Shown here piece after piece: positions 36,289 through 46,075 of a stretch of DNA of 64,000 nucleotides (positions are counted from its first letter, which is position 1; each line of letters begins with the position of its first letter). Made by a program: the position numbers and the translations under genes. The stretch spans positions 1,598-65,597 of the forward strand of contig JAPLDI010000033.1 in NCBI GenBank assembly GCA_026391795.1. Reading direction: 5' to 3'. Origin of the DNA: Bacteroidota bacterium (lineage in GTDB: Bacteria > Bacteroidota > Bacteroidia > Bacteroidales > FEN-979). The notes below the pieces were generated by a model. The model did not search any database. It saw only the letters and a program-made list of their open reading frames with translations, and was not told the origin of the DNA.

Positions 36289-38616
36289 ATGGCGATTAAG
36301 ATTAACACCGATGAGTTAGACCTTGCACGCCTCGAACTTGCCCGGCGGATGGTTGAGAATGAAAGCCTGGCTGCTGAATTGGCCGTTGTACGAAAAGAAC
36401 TTGCCTTTCAGAAAGAAGAAAAAGGAAAACGGGCCAAAGAGTTAGGTATTGCAAACATTGAACTTGCCTACCAGGATGAAGAGAAAGGAAAACGTGCAGC
36501 AGAGCTGGGCATCGCTAACATTGAACTTGCTTTCCAGGATGAAGAGAAAGGAAAGCGCGCGGCAGAATTGATCATTGCCAACAAGGAACTCGCATTTCAG
36601 AACGATGAAAAAGAGAAACGGGCAGCCGAATTAAGGATTGCCAATTATGCACGGAGTATTATTGAAGCAAGCCGTGATCCTTTATTTACCATCAGCCCTG
36701 CCGGGAAAATTACCGATATGAACGATGCCTCCGTAAACATAACGGGAATTTCACGCAAAAACCTTACGGGAACCGACTTCTTTGATTATTTCACCGACCC
36801 GCAGAAAGCACGTGAGGTTTACAAAGAAGTATTTGCAAAAGGATTTGTGGCCGATTATCCTCTGACGATTAAAGACCATAAACTGACCGATGTACTGTTA
36901 AATGGCTCGGTCTATAAAGATGACAGGGGAGATGTACTGGGTGTGGTTGTGGTGGCAAGGGATATTACCGACCAGAAAAGGATTGAAACGGAATTGACGG
37001 AGGCCATCGTATTTGCCGAGCTGGCAACTTCCATTGCCGAAGATGCAAAAATCAAAGCGGAAGATGCCACCCGGATCGCAGAAAATGCAGTGAAAGCCAA
37101 ACAGCAGTTCCTGTCAAACATGAGTCACGAGATCCGCACGCCGATGAATGCACTCATCGGGTTTACAAAAGTGCTGCTGAAAACCGATGTGACATCAAAG
37201 CAAAAGGAGTACCTCACCGCCATAAAAATGAGCGGGGATGCCCTGATCGTCCTGATCAACGACATCCTCGACCTGGCAAAAGTGGATGCAGGGAAAATGG
37301 TTTTTGAACAGATACCCTTCACCATGGCGCTATCCATATCGGCGATGCTTCATTTATTCGAAACAAAAATCCAGGAAAAGAATTTAAAGCTGGTTATTGA
37401 TTACGACAGCAAGATTCCTAAAGTATTGATTGGTGATCCGGTACGTTTGCACCAGATCATCCTGAATCTTGTGAGCAATGCCGTTAAATTCACCACAAAG
37501 GGAATAATTACGGTCAGAGTCACTTTGATAAATGAAGACGAAGAGAAAGCAACTGTGGAATTTGCAGTGTCTGACACCGGAATCGGTATCCCGGAGAGTA
37601 AAATGGGAACTATTTTTGAAAACTTTCAGCAGGCTACCAGCGGAACTTCACGGTTGTACGGGGGAACCGGTTTGGGACTGGCCATCGTAAAACAACTGGT
37701 CGAGCCGCAAGGAGGAACCATTCACGTGGAAAGTAAAGTTGACGAGGGCTCCACGTTCAGCTTTGTACTGAGTTTCCTTAAAACAAATGAGGAAGCTGAA
37801 CCCGAGGCTGAGATTGTTGAACTGGACAAGAAAATTAAGAACATAAAAGTACTGGTTGTCGAAGACATCCCGCTCAACCAGCTGCTCATGAAAACGTTGC
37901 TGGATGATTTCGGATTTGAACGTGATATTGCTGCAAACGGGAAGATTGCCATCGAAAAGTTAAAATCCAGGTCGTTCGATATCATTTTAATGGACCTGCA
38001 GATGCCTGAAATGAACGGTTTTGAAGCAACCGAATACATCCGCAACACAATGAATTCAAAAATACCCATCATTGCACTGACCGCTGATGTAACCACCGTT
38101 GACCTGGCAAAATGCAAAGCCGTAGGGATGAATGATTACATCGCAAAACCAGTTGATGAGCGGTTGTTATACAGTAAGATCGTTGGCCTGGTTAAGAAGC
38201 CCCTTCCTGAAAAATTCATGGAGCAGCAGAGTGAAGGAACCGTTGATGTAAAGAAGTCAAGGTGCACTGATTTGGATTACCTGGTCCACCGCACAAGATC
38301 CAACCCCGGATTGATGATGGAGATGATTTCGCTCTACCTGGAACAGACCCCGGCACTGATCACCACCATGAAGAAAAGTTTTCAGGAAAAGGATTGGCAT
38401 ACATTGCATACAGCAGTCCATAAGATGATTCCGTCGTTTTCAATAATGGGTATTAATGCCGATTACGAGAATATGGCAAAGAAGGTTCAGGAGTTTGCAA
38501 CTACCCAGCAACAGGCCGATGGAATTTCCGACCTGGTTTTACAGCTTGAGATCATTTGCGGGCAGGCATGCAGTGAACTGGAAGTGGAGTTTAACAGGAT
38601 TAAAAGGGAGAACTGA
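36289..38616 (+). CDS. Hybrid sensor histidine kinase (coiled-coil repeats, PAS, HisKA, HATPase, REC, HPt)
   Basis: H-box SHEIRTPMNALIGF, N-box LVSNAVKFT, DTGIGI, GGTGLGLAIV. REC: VLVVEDIPLNQ...ILMDLQMPEMNG. HPt-like: HKMIPSFSIMG. Confidence 0.9.
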   Translation: MAIKINTDELDLARLELARRMVENESLAAELAVVRKELAFQKEEKGKRAKELGIANIELAYQDEEKGKRAAELGIANIELAFQDEEKGKRAAELIIANKELAFQNDEKEKRAAELRIANYARSIIEASRDPLFTISPAGKITDMNDASVNITGISRKNLTGTDFFDYFTDPQKAREVYKEVFAKGFVADYPLTIKDHKLTDVLLNGSVYKDDRGDVLGVVVVARDITDQKRIETELTEAIVFAELATSIAEDAKIKAEDATRIAENAVKAKQQFLSNMSHEIRTPMNALIGFTKVLLKTDVTSKQKEYLTAIKMSGDALIVLINDILDLAKVDAGKMVFEQIPFTMALSISAMLHLFETKIQEKNLKLVIDYDSKIPKVLIGDPVRLHQIILNLVSNAVKFTTKGIITVRVTLINEDEEKATVEFAVSDTGIGIPESKMGTIFENFQQATSGTSRLYGGTGLGLAIVKQLVEPQGGTIHVESKVDEGSTFSFVLSFLKTNEEAEPEAEIVELDKKIKNIKVLVVEDIPLNQLLMKTLLDDFGFERDIAANGKIAIEKLKSRSFDIILMDLQMPEMNGFEATEYIRNTMNSKIPIIALTADVTTVDLAKCKAVGMNDYIAKPVDERLLYSKIVGLVKKPLPEKFMEQQSEGTVDVKKSRCTDLDYLVHRTRSNPGLMMEMISLYLEQTPALITTMKKSFQEKDWHTLHTAVHKMIPSFSIMGINADYENMAKKVQEFATTQQQADGISDLVLQLEIICGQACSELEVEFNRIKREN
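36397..36648 (+). repeat. Coding tandem repeat, 4 x 63 nt (21 aa: ELAFQ.EEKGKRAAEL.IAN.) in the hybrid HK N-terminus
   Basis: ELAFQKEEKGKRAKELGIANI / ELAYQDEEKGKRAAELGIANI / ELAFQDEEKGKRAAELIIANK / ELAFQNDEKEKRAAELRIANY. Confidence 0.85.
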
Positions 38617-39047
38617 TGAACAACGAAAAAATCAGGCTTTTCCTGGTGGATGATGATGCCTTGTTTTTAAAGTCATTGGAGATTGAGTTTCTTCAGCATG
38701 CTGATTTTACGATTGAAACATTTGCCACCGGAGAGCTTTGTATAGAAAATCTGTCTCACACGCCGGATGTCATCATTCTGGATTACCTTCTTGACGATGT
38801 TGATAAAAATGCCATGAACGGAATAGAAACACTGGATAAAATCAAGGCCTTCAATCCGGATATCCCGGTAGTGATGTTATCCGCACAGGATAAAATTGAC
38901 GTGGCAATCAGCTGCATGCATCACCGTGCTTTCGATTATGTTGTAAAGAGTGAAACCGCATTTTTCAGGTTGCAAAAAATCATCTCAACCATCTTTCTTT
39001 ACCAGAAGATGGAGAAGGAATTAACCTGGTATATGGAGAAGATGTGA
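38616..39047 (+). CDS. Single-domain response regulator (CheY-like receiver)
   Basis: FLVDDDALFLKSLE...VIILDYLLDD...VVMLSAQD. The start overlaps the HK stop (TGATG). No output domain. Confidence 0.85.
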   Translation: MNNEKIRLFLVDDDALFLKSLEIEFLQHADFTIETFATGELCIENLSHTPDVIILDYLLDDVDKNAMNGIETLDKIKAFNPDIPVVMLSAQDKIDVAISCMHHRAFDYVVKSETAFFRLQKIISTIFLYQKMEKELTWYMEKM

Positions 39048-39081
39048 TCAGATATATTATCTTGCAAAAAAAAAACGGACC

Positions 39082-39633
39082 ATGAACGGTGAAGAAACAT
39101 ATCCCACGGAAGCGCAATTGTTGAGGATGAAAGCCGAAGAGGAACTTAAAAACTTCCATCCGGAACCTATGAAGCTGTTAAAGGGTGCAGATGAGAAACG
39201 GCTTTTGCATGAATTGCAGGTCTACCAGGTTGAACTGGAAATGCAGAACGAAGAGTTGCGCCAGTCGAATGCAACAGCAGAAGCAGCACTCCGGAAATAC
39301 ACCATGCTTTACGACTTTTCACCGATGGGTTATATTTCGCTTGAAAGTGATGGAACGATCAGCGACCTGAATTTTACAGCTGCTGAAATGCTTGGGGATA
39401 AGCACTTCAACTTTGCCGGCAGAAACTTTAAAGTTTTCATCTCTGAGAATTCACTGCCTGTCTTTACTGATTTTTTCAGTAAGATTTTTTCCCATGAAGG
39501 TAAAGAATCCTGTGAAGTGATGCTGAGTCATGACGGTCATCCCTTATGCAAGGTTTTTATGGAAGGTGTTGTAATTGGCGATGAACGGAAATGCCTTTTA
39601 TCGGTAATTGATCTCTCTGACTTCAGGAAGTAA
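39082..39633 (+). CDS. PAS-domain protein with an N-terminal coiled-coil leader
   Basis: LHELQVYQVELEMQNEELRQSN followed by the PAS core LYDFSPMGYISLESDGTISDLNFTAAEMLG. Confidence 0.75.
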   Translation: MNGEETYPTEAQLLRMKAEEELKNFHPEPMKLLKGADEKRLLHELQVYQVELEMQNEELRQSNATAEAALRKYTMLYDFSPMGYISLESDGTISDLNFTAAEMLGDKHFNFAGRNFKVFISENSLPVFTDFFSKIFSHEGKESCEVMLSHDGHPLCKVFMEGVVIGDERKCLLSVIDLSDFRK

Positions 39634-39722
39634 ATCACTTCCCGGCCTGCTTCTTTTCCCGCATTTTTCTGATCCGATGCTTTCTTTCCTTCAGCCCATA
39701 TCCAGGTGAACCGTTACTGGAA

Positions 39723-39813
39723 ATGTGGGAATTATATAACTTTTTTTCGAAATTCCGTAACACGGTTCGGGACAGGTTTTCCGATCTTTGGGTTGCTGTG
39801 AAAATTCATTCAT
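39723..39813 (+). promoter_or_regulatory. Composite GTAAC-type promoter (d), upstream of the haem-binding protein
   Basis: ATGTGGGAATTATATAAC 39723-39740. GTAAC 39757-39761. TTTG 39787-39790. GTGAA-N6-TTCAT 39798-39813. Confidence 0.7.
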
Positions 39814-39832
39814 GGCAGTAAAATTGTCATCT

Positions 39833-40228
39833 ATGAAAAAATCCTTGTGGATTACCCTGGGGGTCATCTGTTTCGTCATCCTTGCATCCCTGGTCATTAA
39901 CCGGATAACGGCTCAGCCCGCACCCAAAGAGGGAGAGAAAAGTAAACCGATTCCTGCCAATGTGATGAAAATCGCCGATAAATCATGCGTGAAGTGTCAT
40001 ACCGAACCCGGCGATTTCATGGCCCTCTCTCATCTGAATTTGTCGAACTGGGATAAATATTCACCGGAAAAACAGGCAGCCAAAGCAAAAGACATGTGCT
40101 CAATGGTGACGAAAGACAAGATGCCTCCTAAAAAGTTCAGGACAAATCATCCGGGTGATGTTCCTGACGCTGCGGAGCTGAATACCCTTTGCAACTGGGC
40201 ACAATCGATCCAGGTAAGCAAGAAATAA
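39833..40228 (+). CDS. Haem-binding-domain protein (CxxCH)
   Basis: N-terminal TM/signal sequence, CVKCH motif, ...LNLSNWDKY...KDKMPPKKF, resembling the Haem_bd family. An alternative ATG lies at 39812. Confidence 0.6.
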   Translation: MKKSLWITLGVICFVILASLVINRITAQPAPKEGEKSKPIPANVMKIADKSCVKCHTEPGDFMALSHLNLSNWDKYSPEKQAAKAKDMCSMVTKDKMPPKKFRTNHPGDVPDAAELNTLCNWAQSIQVSKK

Positions 40229-40353
40229 AAGAGCCTCTGAAACAGTGAATATCCTCCTGGTTTTGGTTCATACGATAGAGGATGCGGGGGATATTCAGTT
40301 TGTTGGGGTACTGCCCTGTTTTCATTTCAGGGAAGGTTCCCCTTCTTTCTGTT

Positions 40354-40421
40354 TTGTGTGAATAATGTAAGAATTTACTGAAAATGTGTAACGCTTTCCG
40401 GATTGGGAGGAGTGAACTTTG
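40354..40421 (+). promoter_or_regulatory. Composite GTAAC-type promoter (e), upstream of the FNR-like reductase (possibly a long operon through mgtA)
   Basis: TTGTGTGAATAATGTAAG 40354-40371. GTAAC 40388-40392. TTTG 40418-40421. Confidence 0.7.
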
Positions 40422-40463
40422 TGAACGGGAAAATCATCCCGGATTATACTAAGGAATCGTGCA

Positions 40464-41135
40464 GTGGAGAAACATCTTGTAAAAATAGAATCAATACAGT
40501 TCATCACGCATGACGTGTTGCAGATCGAAACAGAAAAACCCCGGCACTACAGCTTCAACCCCGGGCAGGCTACTGAAATTTCGATCAACAAAGACGGCTG
40601 GCTGAACGAACGGCGGCCTTTTACATTCACATGCCTTCCGTTGAATGATTTTCTTCAGTTTACCATTAAAACCTATCCTGAGCATAAAGGTGTAACGAAT
40701 GAACTTCGGAAACTCAAGAAAAATGACACCTTGATTGTACATGAGGTCTTCGGGGCAATCGCCTACAGGGAGGAGGGGCTTTTCATTGCCGGAGGGGCCG
40801 GAATCACGCCTTTTATCTGCATCTTCAGGGATCTCAGGTTCCGGGATAAGATCGGGCATAACAAACTCATTTTCGCCAACAAGACGAAGGATGATATCAT
40901 TCTGATGGATGAACTCAAACACCTGCTGGGGGAAAATTTTATCAATATTTTATCGGAAGAAAAGAAAACAGGATTTCTGCACGGGTTTATCACCCGGGAA
41001 ATCCTGAAGGCAAATCTGCCCGGCAGGAAGAAAAATATCTATGTGTGCGGCCCTCCGCCGATGATGGATGCCGTTACCGAACTGCTGGCCATCCTGAAAG
41101 TTGATGAAAAATTAATTATCCAGGAAGCTGTTTAA
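40464..41135 (+). CDS. FNR-like flavin reductase (FAD/NAD(P)-binding oxidoreductase)
   Basis: GTG start. RPFTFTC (FAD-binding), GGAGITPF (NAD-binding), YVCGPPPMM. Confidence 0.75.
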   Translation: MEKHLVKIESIQFITHDVLQIETEKPRHYSFNPGQATEISINKDGWLNERRPFTFTCLPLNDFLQFTIKTYPEHKGVTNELRKLKKNDTLIVHEVFGAIAYREEGLFIAGGAGITPFICIFRDLRFRDKIGHNKLIFANKTKDDIILMDELKHLLGENFINILSEEKKTGFLHGFITREILKANLPGRKKNIYVCGPPPMMDAVTELLAILKVDEKLIIQEAV

Positions 41136-41152
41136 CCGCCTTCTCTGCATCA

Positions 41153-41341
41153 ATGCATGTTAAGCTGAATGAACTTGTAGCATCACACGAACCTGCAAAA
41201 AATTCAGTCATCAATGTGGAAGGAAAAACGGAACACGAAATCACGGTGCTGTCGAAAGAATATGAAGAACTGGCGACAATCGCTAAAGAGAAAGAAGAAA
41301 TATTATTGAATACTATTGAGAAGGAGAATGAAAAAACTTGA
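41153..41341 (+). CDS. Small ORF resembling the C-terminal tail of low-affinity iron permease family proteins (possible remnant)
   Basis: HVKLNELVASHEPAKNSVINVEGKTEHEITVLSKEYEEL resembles my recollection of the KLDELI...N.L..IE.L.E.EL tail. Overlaps the next CDS start. Confidence 0.3.
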   Translation: MHVKLNELVASHEPAKNSVINVEGKTEHEITVLSKEYEELATIAKEKEEILLNTIEKENEKT

Positions 41342-42089
41342 AAATAAAACTGTTTTTATAACCGGCGGATTGTCGGGTATTGGCAAAGCCTGTGCATTTG
41401 CAGCTGCAAGAGAGGGAGCGAATGTAGTAATTGCAGACTTAAAATCGGAAATTTCAGCGGATACAATCTCTGAGATAAGGCTGGATAACCCCCGGGCCGT
41501 TTTTATTGAATGTGACGTTTCGGACTTTGCCCAGGTCGGGGAGGCTGTCAGGAAAGTGGTAAGCACTTTTAAAACACTCGATGTTGCATTGAACAATGCA
41601 GGTATCGGGGGAACCGCAAGTAAAGTGGGCGATATGAGTGAAGAAGCCTGGCTGAGCGTGATCGGTGTCAACCTGAATGGCATTTTTTATTGTATGAAAC
41701 ATGAACTGACACAGATGTCGAAACAGAAGAGTGGAGTCATCGTCAACATGTCATCCATCTTAGGTAAAGTAGGATTTGCAACTTCAGCACATTACGTTGC
41801 GTCAAAGCACGGCATCCTCGGTCTTACCCAGACAGCAGCCCTTGAATATGCCGGTGAAGGTATCCGGATTAATGCCCTCTGCCCGGGCTTTATTGAGACT
41901 CCGTTACTAACCCACGCGGGCATTGGAAAAGGTACGGACCTTCAAAACTACATTATAGGCCTGCATCCCTTAAAACGGTTGGGGAAACCGGAAGAAATTG
42001 CATCCGGGTTTATTTTTCTTGCATCGGACGACAGTACATTTATCACGGGAACAGCACTTGAAATGGATGGCGGGTATTTATCCCAATAA
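41328..42089 (+). CDS. SDR-family oxidoreductase
   Basis: TGGLSGIGKA (TGxxxGxG), NNAG, catalytic YVASKHG, PGFIETP. Confidence 0.9.
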   Translation: MKKLENKTVFITGGLSGIGKACAFAAAREGANVVIADLKSEISADTISEIRLDNPRAVFIECDVSDFAQVGEAVRKVVSTFKTLDVALNNAGIGGTASKVGDMSEEAWLSVIGVNLNGIFYCMKHELTQMSKQKSGVIVNMSSILGKVGFATSAHYVASKHGILGLTQTAALEYAGEGIRINALCPGFIETPLLTHAGIGKGTDLQNYIIGLHPLKRLGKPEEIASGFIFLASDDSTFITGTALEMDGGYLSQ

Positions 42090-42176
42090 AAACTTGTTAT
42101 GGTTTAATCATTACAGTAAATAATTAAGATAGGAACCCGGTTAATAGAGCTGGCCCTATCGTTAAATACCTTCAGG

Positions 42177-43052
42177 ATGTTTGTAGACTATTATAAAATA
42201 CTGGGAATAGACAAAAAGGCAACGCCGAAGGATATCAAAGCTGCCTACCGGAAACTTGCAAGGAAACATCATCCGGATTTGCACCCGAATGACAAGGAGG
42301 CGAAGAAAAATTTTCAGCAGATCAATGAAGCCAATGAGGTGCTGAGTGATCCTGAGAAACGGATGAAATATGATCAGTACGGAGAGGACTGGAAGCATGC
42401 CGGGGATTTTGAAAATGCGAAACAGCAGCAACGTTCATCTCCCCGCGGTTCAAGGTATTCATCGGCACAACCGGAAAGTGACTTTTCCGACTTTTTCGAA
42501 TCCATGTTCGGGGGATCTGGCCGGAGCGGCAGGACCAGCCAGGTAAGATACCGGGGCGAAGATTACAACGCCGAACTGAACCTCGACCTCCACGATGCCT
42601 GCAAAACCCATAAGCAAACGTTGACGGTAAACGGAAAAAATATCCGGATCACGATCCCTGCCGGAATTGAAAACGGGCAGACGATCAAAATTCCGGGTCA
42701 TGGAGGCCCGGGAACAAACGGCGGCCCGGATGGCGATTTGTACATCACTTTTTCCGTTGCCAACCTTCCCGGGATCAGGCGCCTGGGAGATAATCTCTAT
42801 GCCACCGTGGATCTGGACCTTTACACCGCTGTCCTGGGTGGTGAGATCACAGTGGACACGCTGAACGGGAAAGTCAAACTGAAAGTCAAACCCGAAACCC
42901 AGAACGGAAGCAAAGTCAAACTGAAAGGAAAGGGTTTCCCGGCATACAAAACTGAAACGTTCGGAGATTTTTACATAACCTATTCTGTGAAAATCCCGAC
43001 AAACCTGACAGAAAAACAAAAGACACTCTTTACCGAGTTATCCCAATCCTGA
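42177..43052 (+). CDS. cbpA: Curved-DNA-binding DnaJ-like co-chaperone CbpA
   Basis: J-domain DYYKILGI...HHPDLHP (HPD). DnaJ C-terminal domains but no Zn-finger CxxCxGxG repeats. Confidence 0.85.
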   Translation: MFVDYYKILGIDKKATPKDIKAAYRKLARKHHPDLHPNDKEAKKNFQQINEANEVLSDPEKRMKYDQYGEDWKHAGDFENAKQQQRSSPRGSRYSSAQPESDFSDFFESMFGGSGRSGRTSQVRYRGEDYNAELNLDLHDACKTHKQTLTVNGKNIRITIPAGIENGQTIKIPGHGGPGTNGGPDGDLYITFSVANLPGIRRLGDNLYATVDLDLYTAVLGGEITVDTLNGKVKLKVKPETQNGSKVKLKGKGFPAYKTETFGDFYITYSVKIPTNLTEKQKTLFTELSQS

Positions 43053-43070
43053 TTTTAAAAATGATGAGCC

Positions 43071-43370
43071 ATGCAAACCGAATATTTAATTGCTGTTGAT
43101 GAGTTCTGCACCCTCAACAACGTTGATGTTTCCTTCATCAGTTCATTGAAGCAAACCGGGTTGATCGAAGTTACCACGATAAAAGAAGCCGGGTTTATCG
43201 ATGCCGGTCAGCTTCAGCAACTGGAGAAATTCATCCGGTTCTATTACGAGCTGGATATCAACCTGGAAGGGATCGAAACCATAACACACCTGCTCCGGAG
43301 GATCAACAACCTGCAGGAAGAAGTCAGGGGGCTGAAGAACAGGCTGCGCCTTTATGAAGTCTATGATTGA
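43071..43370 (+). CDS. cbpM: Chaperone modulator CbpM (MerR-like)
   Basis: 99 aa immediately downstream of cbpA. FISSLKQTGLIEV... and INLEGIETITHLLRRI fit the typical pattern. Confidence 0.7.
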   Translation: MQTEYLIAVDEFCTLNNVDVSFISSLKQTGLIEVTTIKEAGFIDAGQLQQLEKFIRFYYELDINLEGIETITHLLRRINNLQEEVRGLKNRLRLYEVYD

Positions 43371-43454
43371 AGTTTATGATTACGCAAGGTGATCTTTAGA
43401 AATCCCCCGATGTTTGTCCTGTAAAAATTCCTACATTTACGCAAACACCTGACC

Positions 43455-45977
43455 ATGGACCAGATCCCACCGTCTTTTTGGAGTGCCGCTCCTGCGGAAC
43501 TATTTGACAGGCTAAAAGCAACAGCCAGCGGATTGACAGGCAAAGAGGCCAAAAACAGGTTAATCAGCTATGGAGCAAACCGCCTGAAACCTAAAAAAAG
43601 CTCCGGCACATTCACACTTCTTGTTTCCCAGTTTAAAAGCCCGATCATACTGATTCTCTTATTTGCGACGGGCTTGTCGTTGTTTCTGCATAACCTCGTC
43701 GATGCTTCCATCATTCTTGTCATTGTCGTCATCAGCGGACTTCTTGGTTTCTGGCAGGAGCACGGGGCATCCAACGCGGTGGCCAGGTTGCTTGCCATCG
43801 TGCAGATAAAAGCAGCCGTGCTTCGCGACGGGCAGCAAAATGAAATTCCTGTGGAAGAGATTGTCCCCGGCGACATCGTGATCCTGAATGCCGGTGATAT
43901 CATTCCCGGCGATTGCCTGCTGATCGAATCAAAGGATTTATTTGTTGATGAAGCAATGCTCACCGGCGAAACCTTCCCGGTCGAAAAAGCAGTTTCAGTC
44001 TTACCTGCCGATACTCCTCTTGCACAGCGAACAAACACAGTCTGGATGGGCACGCATGTTGTGAGTGGAAATGCAAAGGCATTCGTCGTACTGACAGGTA
44101 AAAACACGGAATTCGGCAAGGTATCAGAACGACTTAAACTGAAACCACCGGAGACTGATTTTGAACGTGGTATCCGTCGATTCGGTTATTTTCTCGGGGA
44201 GGTAACGCTGGTTTTGGTTGTCATCATCTTTGCCATCAATGTTTACCTGCACCGTCCGGTACTGGAATCATTTCTTTTTTCACTGGCGCTTGCAGTCGGT
44301 TTGACCCCGCAGTTATTACCAGCCATCATCAGCATCAACCTTGCACATGGCGCCAAGAAGATGGCTGAAAAGAAGGTGATTGTAAAACGCCTTGCTTCCA
44401 TCGAAAATTTCGGCAGCATGAATGTGATTTGCTCCGATAAAACCGGCACACTTACGGAAGGAACTGTGACCGTGGAATCCGCGCTGGATGTGAGCGGAAA
44501 CTCCAATGAGAAAGTTTTTCTGTTCGCCTATCTCAATGCTTTTTACGAAACCGGCTTTACAAACCCCATCGATGAAGCCATCCTGAACCATCGTAAGTTG
44601 GATTTGGCTGACTACCAGAAACAGGATGAGATCCCCTATGATTTCCTTCGTAAACGGTTAACCATTGCAGTCAAACATGGCGATGCACATTTCATGGTGA
44701 CCAAGGGTGCGCTGAAGAATATACTCGAGGTATGTTCATCGGCAGAAACCAGTGAGGGAAATATCACGGATATCGACTCCTTAAGCGATCAGATCCAGAA
44801 ACACTTTGAGGGATTCAGCAACCAGGGATTCCGGACCCTGGGCATTGCTTATAAAAATATACCCCGGGAAACACTCATTAGCAAAACAGATGAGGCGGGG
44901 ATGACTTTCATTGGATTTCTTACCCTCTTCGACCCCCCGAAGCCGAATATTGTGGAAACGATAGCCAGTTTGAAAAAACTGGGTGTTTCACTAAAGATCA
45001 TTACCGGCGACAATCATCTGGTCGCCGCCAGCCTGAGTAAAAAGATGGGACTGTCGGATAATAAAATCATTGCAGGTCCTGAACTTCGCCAGATGAGCGA
45101 TGGCGCCTTGCTCCGCCAGGTGGGTACGGTGGACGTTTTGGCTGAAATAGAACCCAATCAGAAGGAACGGATCATCATCGCCCTGCGGAAGGCAGGGAAC
45201 GTTGTAGGCTATATGGGCGATGGCATCAATGATGCCTCCGCCCTTCATGCAGCAGATGTTGGGATCTCAGTGGATACAGCTGCAGATGTTGCCAAGGATG
45301 CAGCAGATATCGTACTGCTCGAAAAGGATCTCGGTGTGCTGATCCAGGGTGTTCGTGAAGGCCGAACGACCTTTGCCAACACCCTGAAGTATGTATTTAT
45401 GGCCACAAGTGCAAATTTCGGGAATATGTTCAGCATGGCGGGAATATCCCTGTTCATCCCCTTTCTTCCCTTGTTGCCCAAGCAGATCCTGCTTACGAAC
45501 CTGATGACCGACTTCCCCGAAATGACCATTGCAACGGACAGGGTGGATGAGGAAATGGTTAACTACCCCCGTCGGTGGGACATCAAAGCCATCCGCAAGT
45601 TCATGATCACCTTCGGCCTTGTAAGTTCGGTATTTGATTACCTGACCTTTGGTCTGCTTTTGTTAATCCTTCGTGCTAATGAGAGCCAGTTCAGGACCGG
45701 ATGGTTCCTTGAATCGGTGATCTCAGCATCCCTGATTGTACTTGTGATCCGAAGCAGGAAGCCGTTTTTCAGGAGCAAACCCGGTAAATATCTGTTAATT
45801 GCAACACTTTCAATTGCCATCCTGACACTGATATTTCCGTTCACCCCGCTGGGAACTGTTTTTGGTTTCAGCCCTCTTCGATTTTCCACCTATCTATTTC
45901 TATTGGTGATCGTGGCCCTTTACATATTCGCTGCAGAAATTACCAAACGGATCTTTTACAGGAAGGTCAGATTTTAG
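43455..45977 (+). CDS. mgtA: Mg2+-importing P-type ATPase
   Basis: TGE (MLTGETFPVEK), CSDKTGTLT, MGDGINDA, about 10 TM helices. MgtA-like N-terminus and length. Confidence 0.85.
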   Translation: MDQIPPSFWSAAPAELFDRLKATASGLTGKEAKNRLISYGANRLKPKKSSGTFTLLVSQFKSPIILILLFATGLSLFLHNLVDASIILVIVVISGLLGFWQEHGASNAVARLLAIVQIKAAVLRDGQQNEIPVEEIVPGDIVILNAGDIIPGDCLLIESKDLFVDEAMLTGETFPVEKAVSVLPADTPLAQRTNTVWMGTHVVSGNAKAFVVLTGKNTEFGKVSERLKLKPPETDFERGIRRFGYFLGEVTLVLVVIIFAINVYLHRPVLESFLFSLALAVGLTPQLLPAIISINLAHGAKKMAEKKVIVKRLASIENFGSMNVICSDKTGTLTEGTVTVESALDVSGNSNEKVFLFAYLNAFYETGFTNPIDEAILNHRKLDLADYQKQDEIPYDFLRKRLTIAVKHGDAHFMVTKGALKNILEVCSSAETSEGNITDIDSLSDQIQKHFEGFSNQGFRTLGIAYKNIPRETLISKTDEAGMTFIGFLTLFDPPKPNIVETIASLKKLGVSLKIITGDNHLVAASLSKKMGLSDNKIIAGPELRQMSDGALLRQVGTVDVLAEIEPNQKERIIIALRKAGNVVGYMGDGINDASALHAADVGISVDTAADVAKDAADIVLLEKDLGVLIQGVREGRTTFANTLKYVFMATSANFGNMFSMAGISLFIPFLPLLPKQILLTNLMTDFPEMTIATDRVDEEMVNYPRRWDIKAIRKFMITFGLVSSVFDYLTFGLLLLILRANESQFRTGWFLESVISASLIVLVIRSRKPFFRSKPGKYLLIATLSIAILTLIFPFTPLGTVFGFSPLRFSTYLFLLVIVALYIFAAEITKRIFYRKVRF

Positions 45978-46036
45978 AAACCGGAAGCTCTCATTCACAA
46001 ACCGGAATACAGGTTTCCGGTCTCAACCCACGGTCA

Positions 46037-46071
46037 TCGGACCTCTGACTTCGGACCTCGGACCTCCGGAT
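46037..46071. repeat. 7-nt tract (TCGGACC variants) x5
   Basis: TCGGACC TCTGACT TCGGACC TCGGACC TCCGGAT, downstream of mgtA. Unit related to the middle of the 4660-4743 tract. Confidence 0.75.
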
Positions 46072-46075
46072 CTAA

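Noticed and set aside
40247-40296. 11-bp stem (GAATATCCTCC / GGGGGATATTC) after the haem-binding gene as a terminator.
   Set aside because: It has a 28-nt loop, includes a G-U pair and has no U-run. That is too weak to list as a feature.
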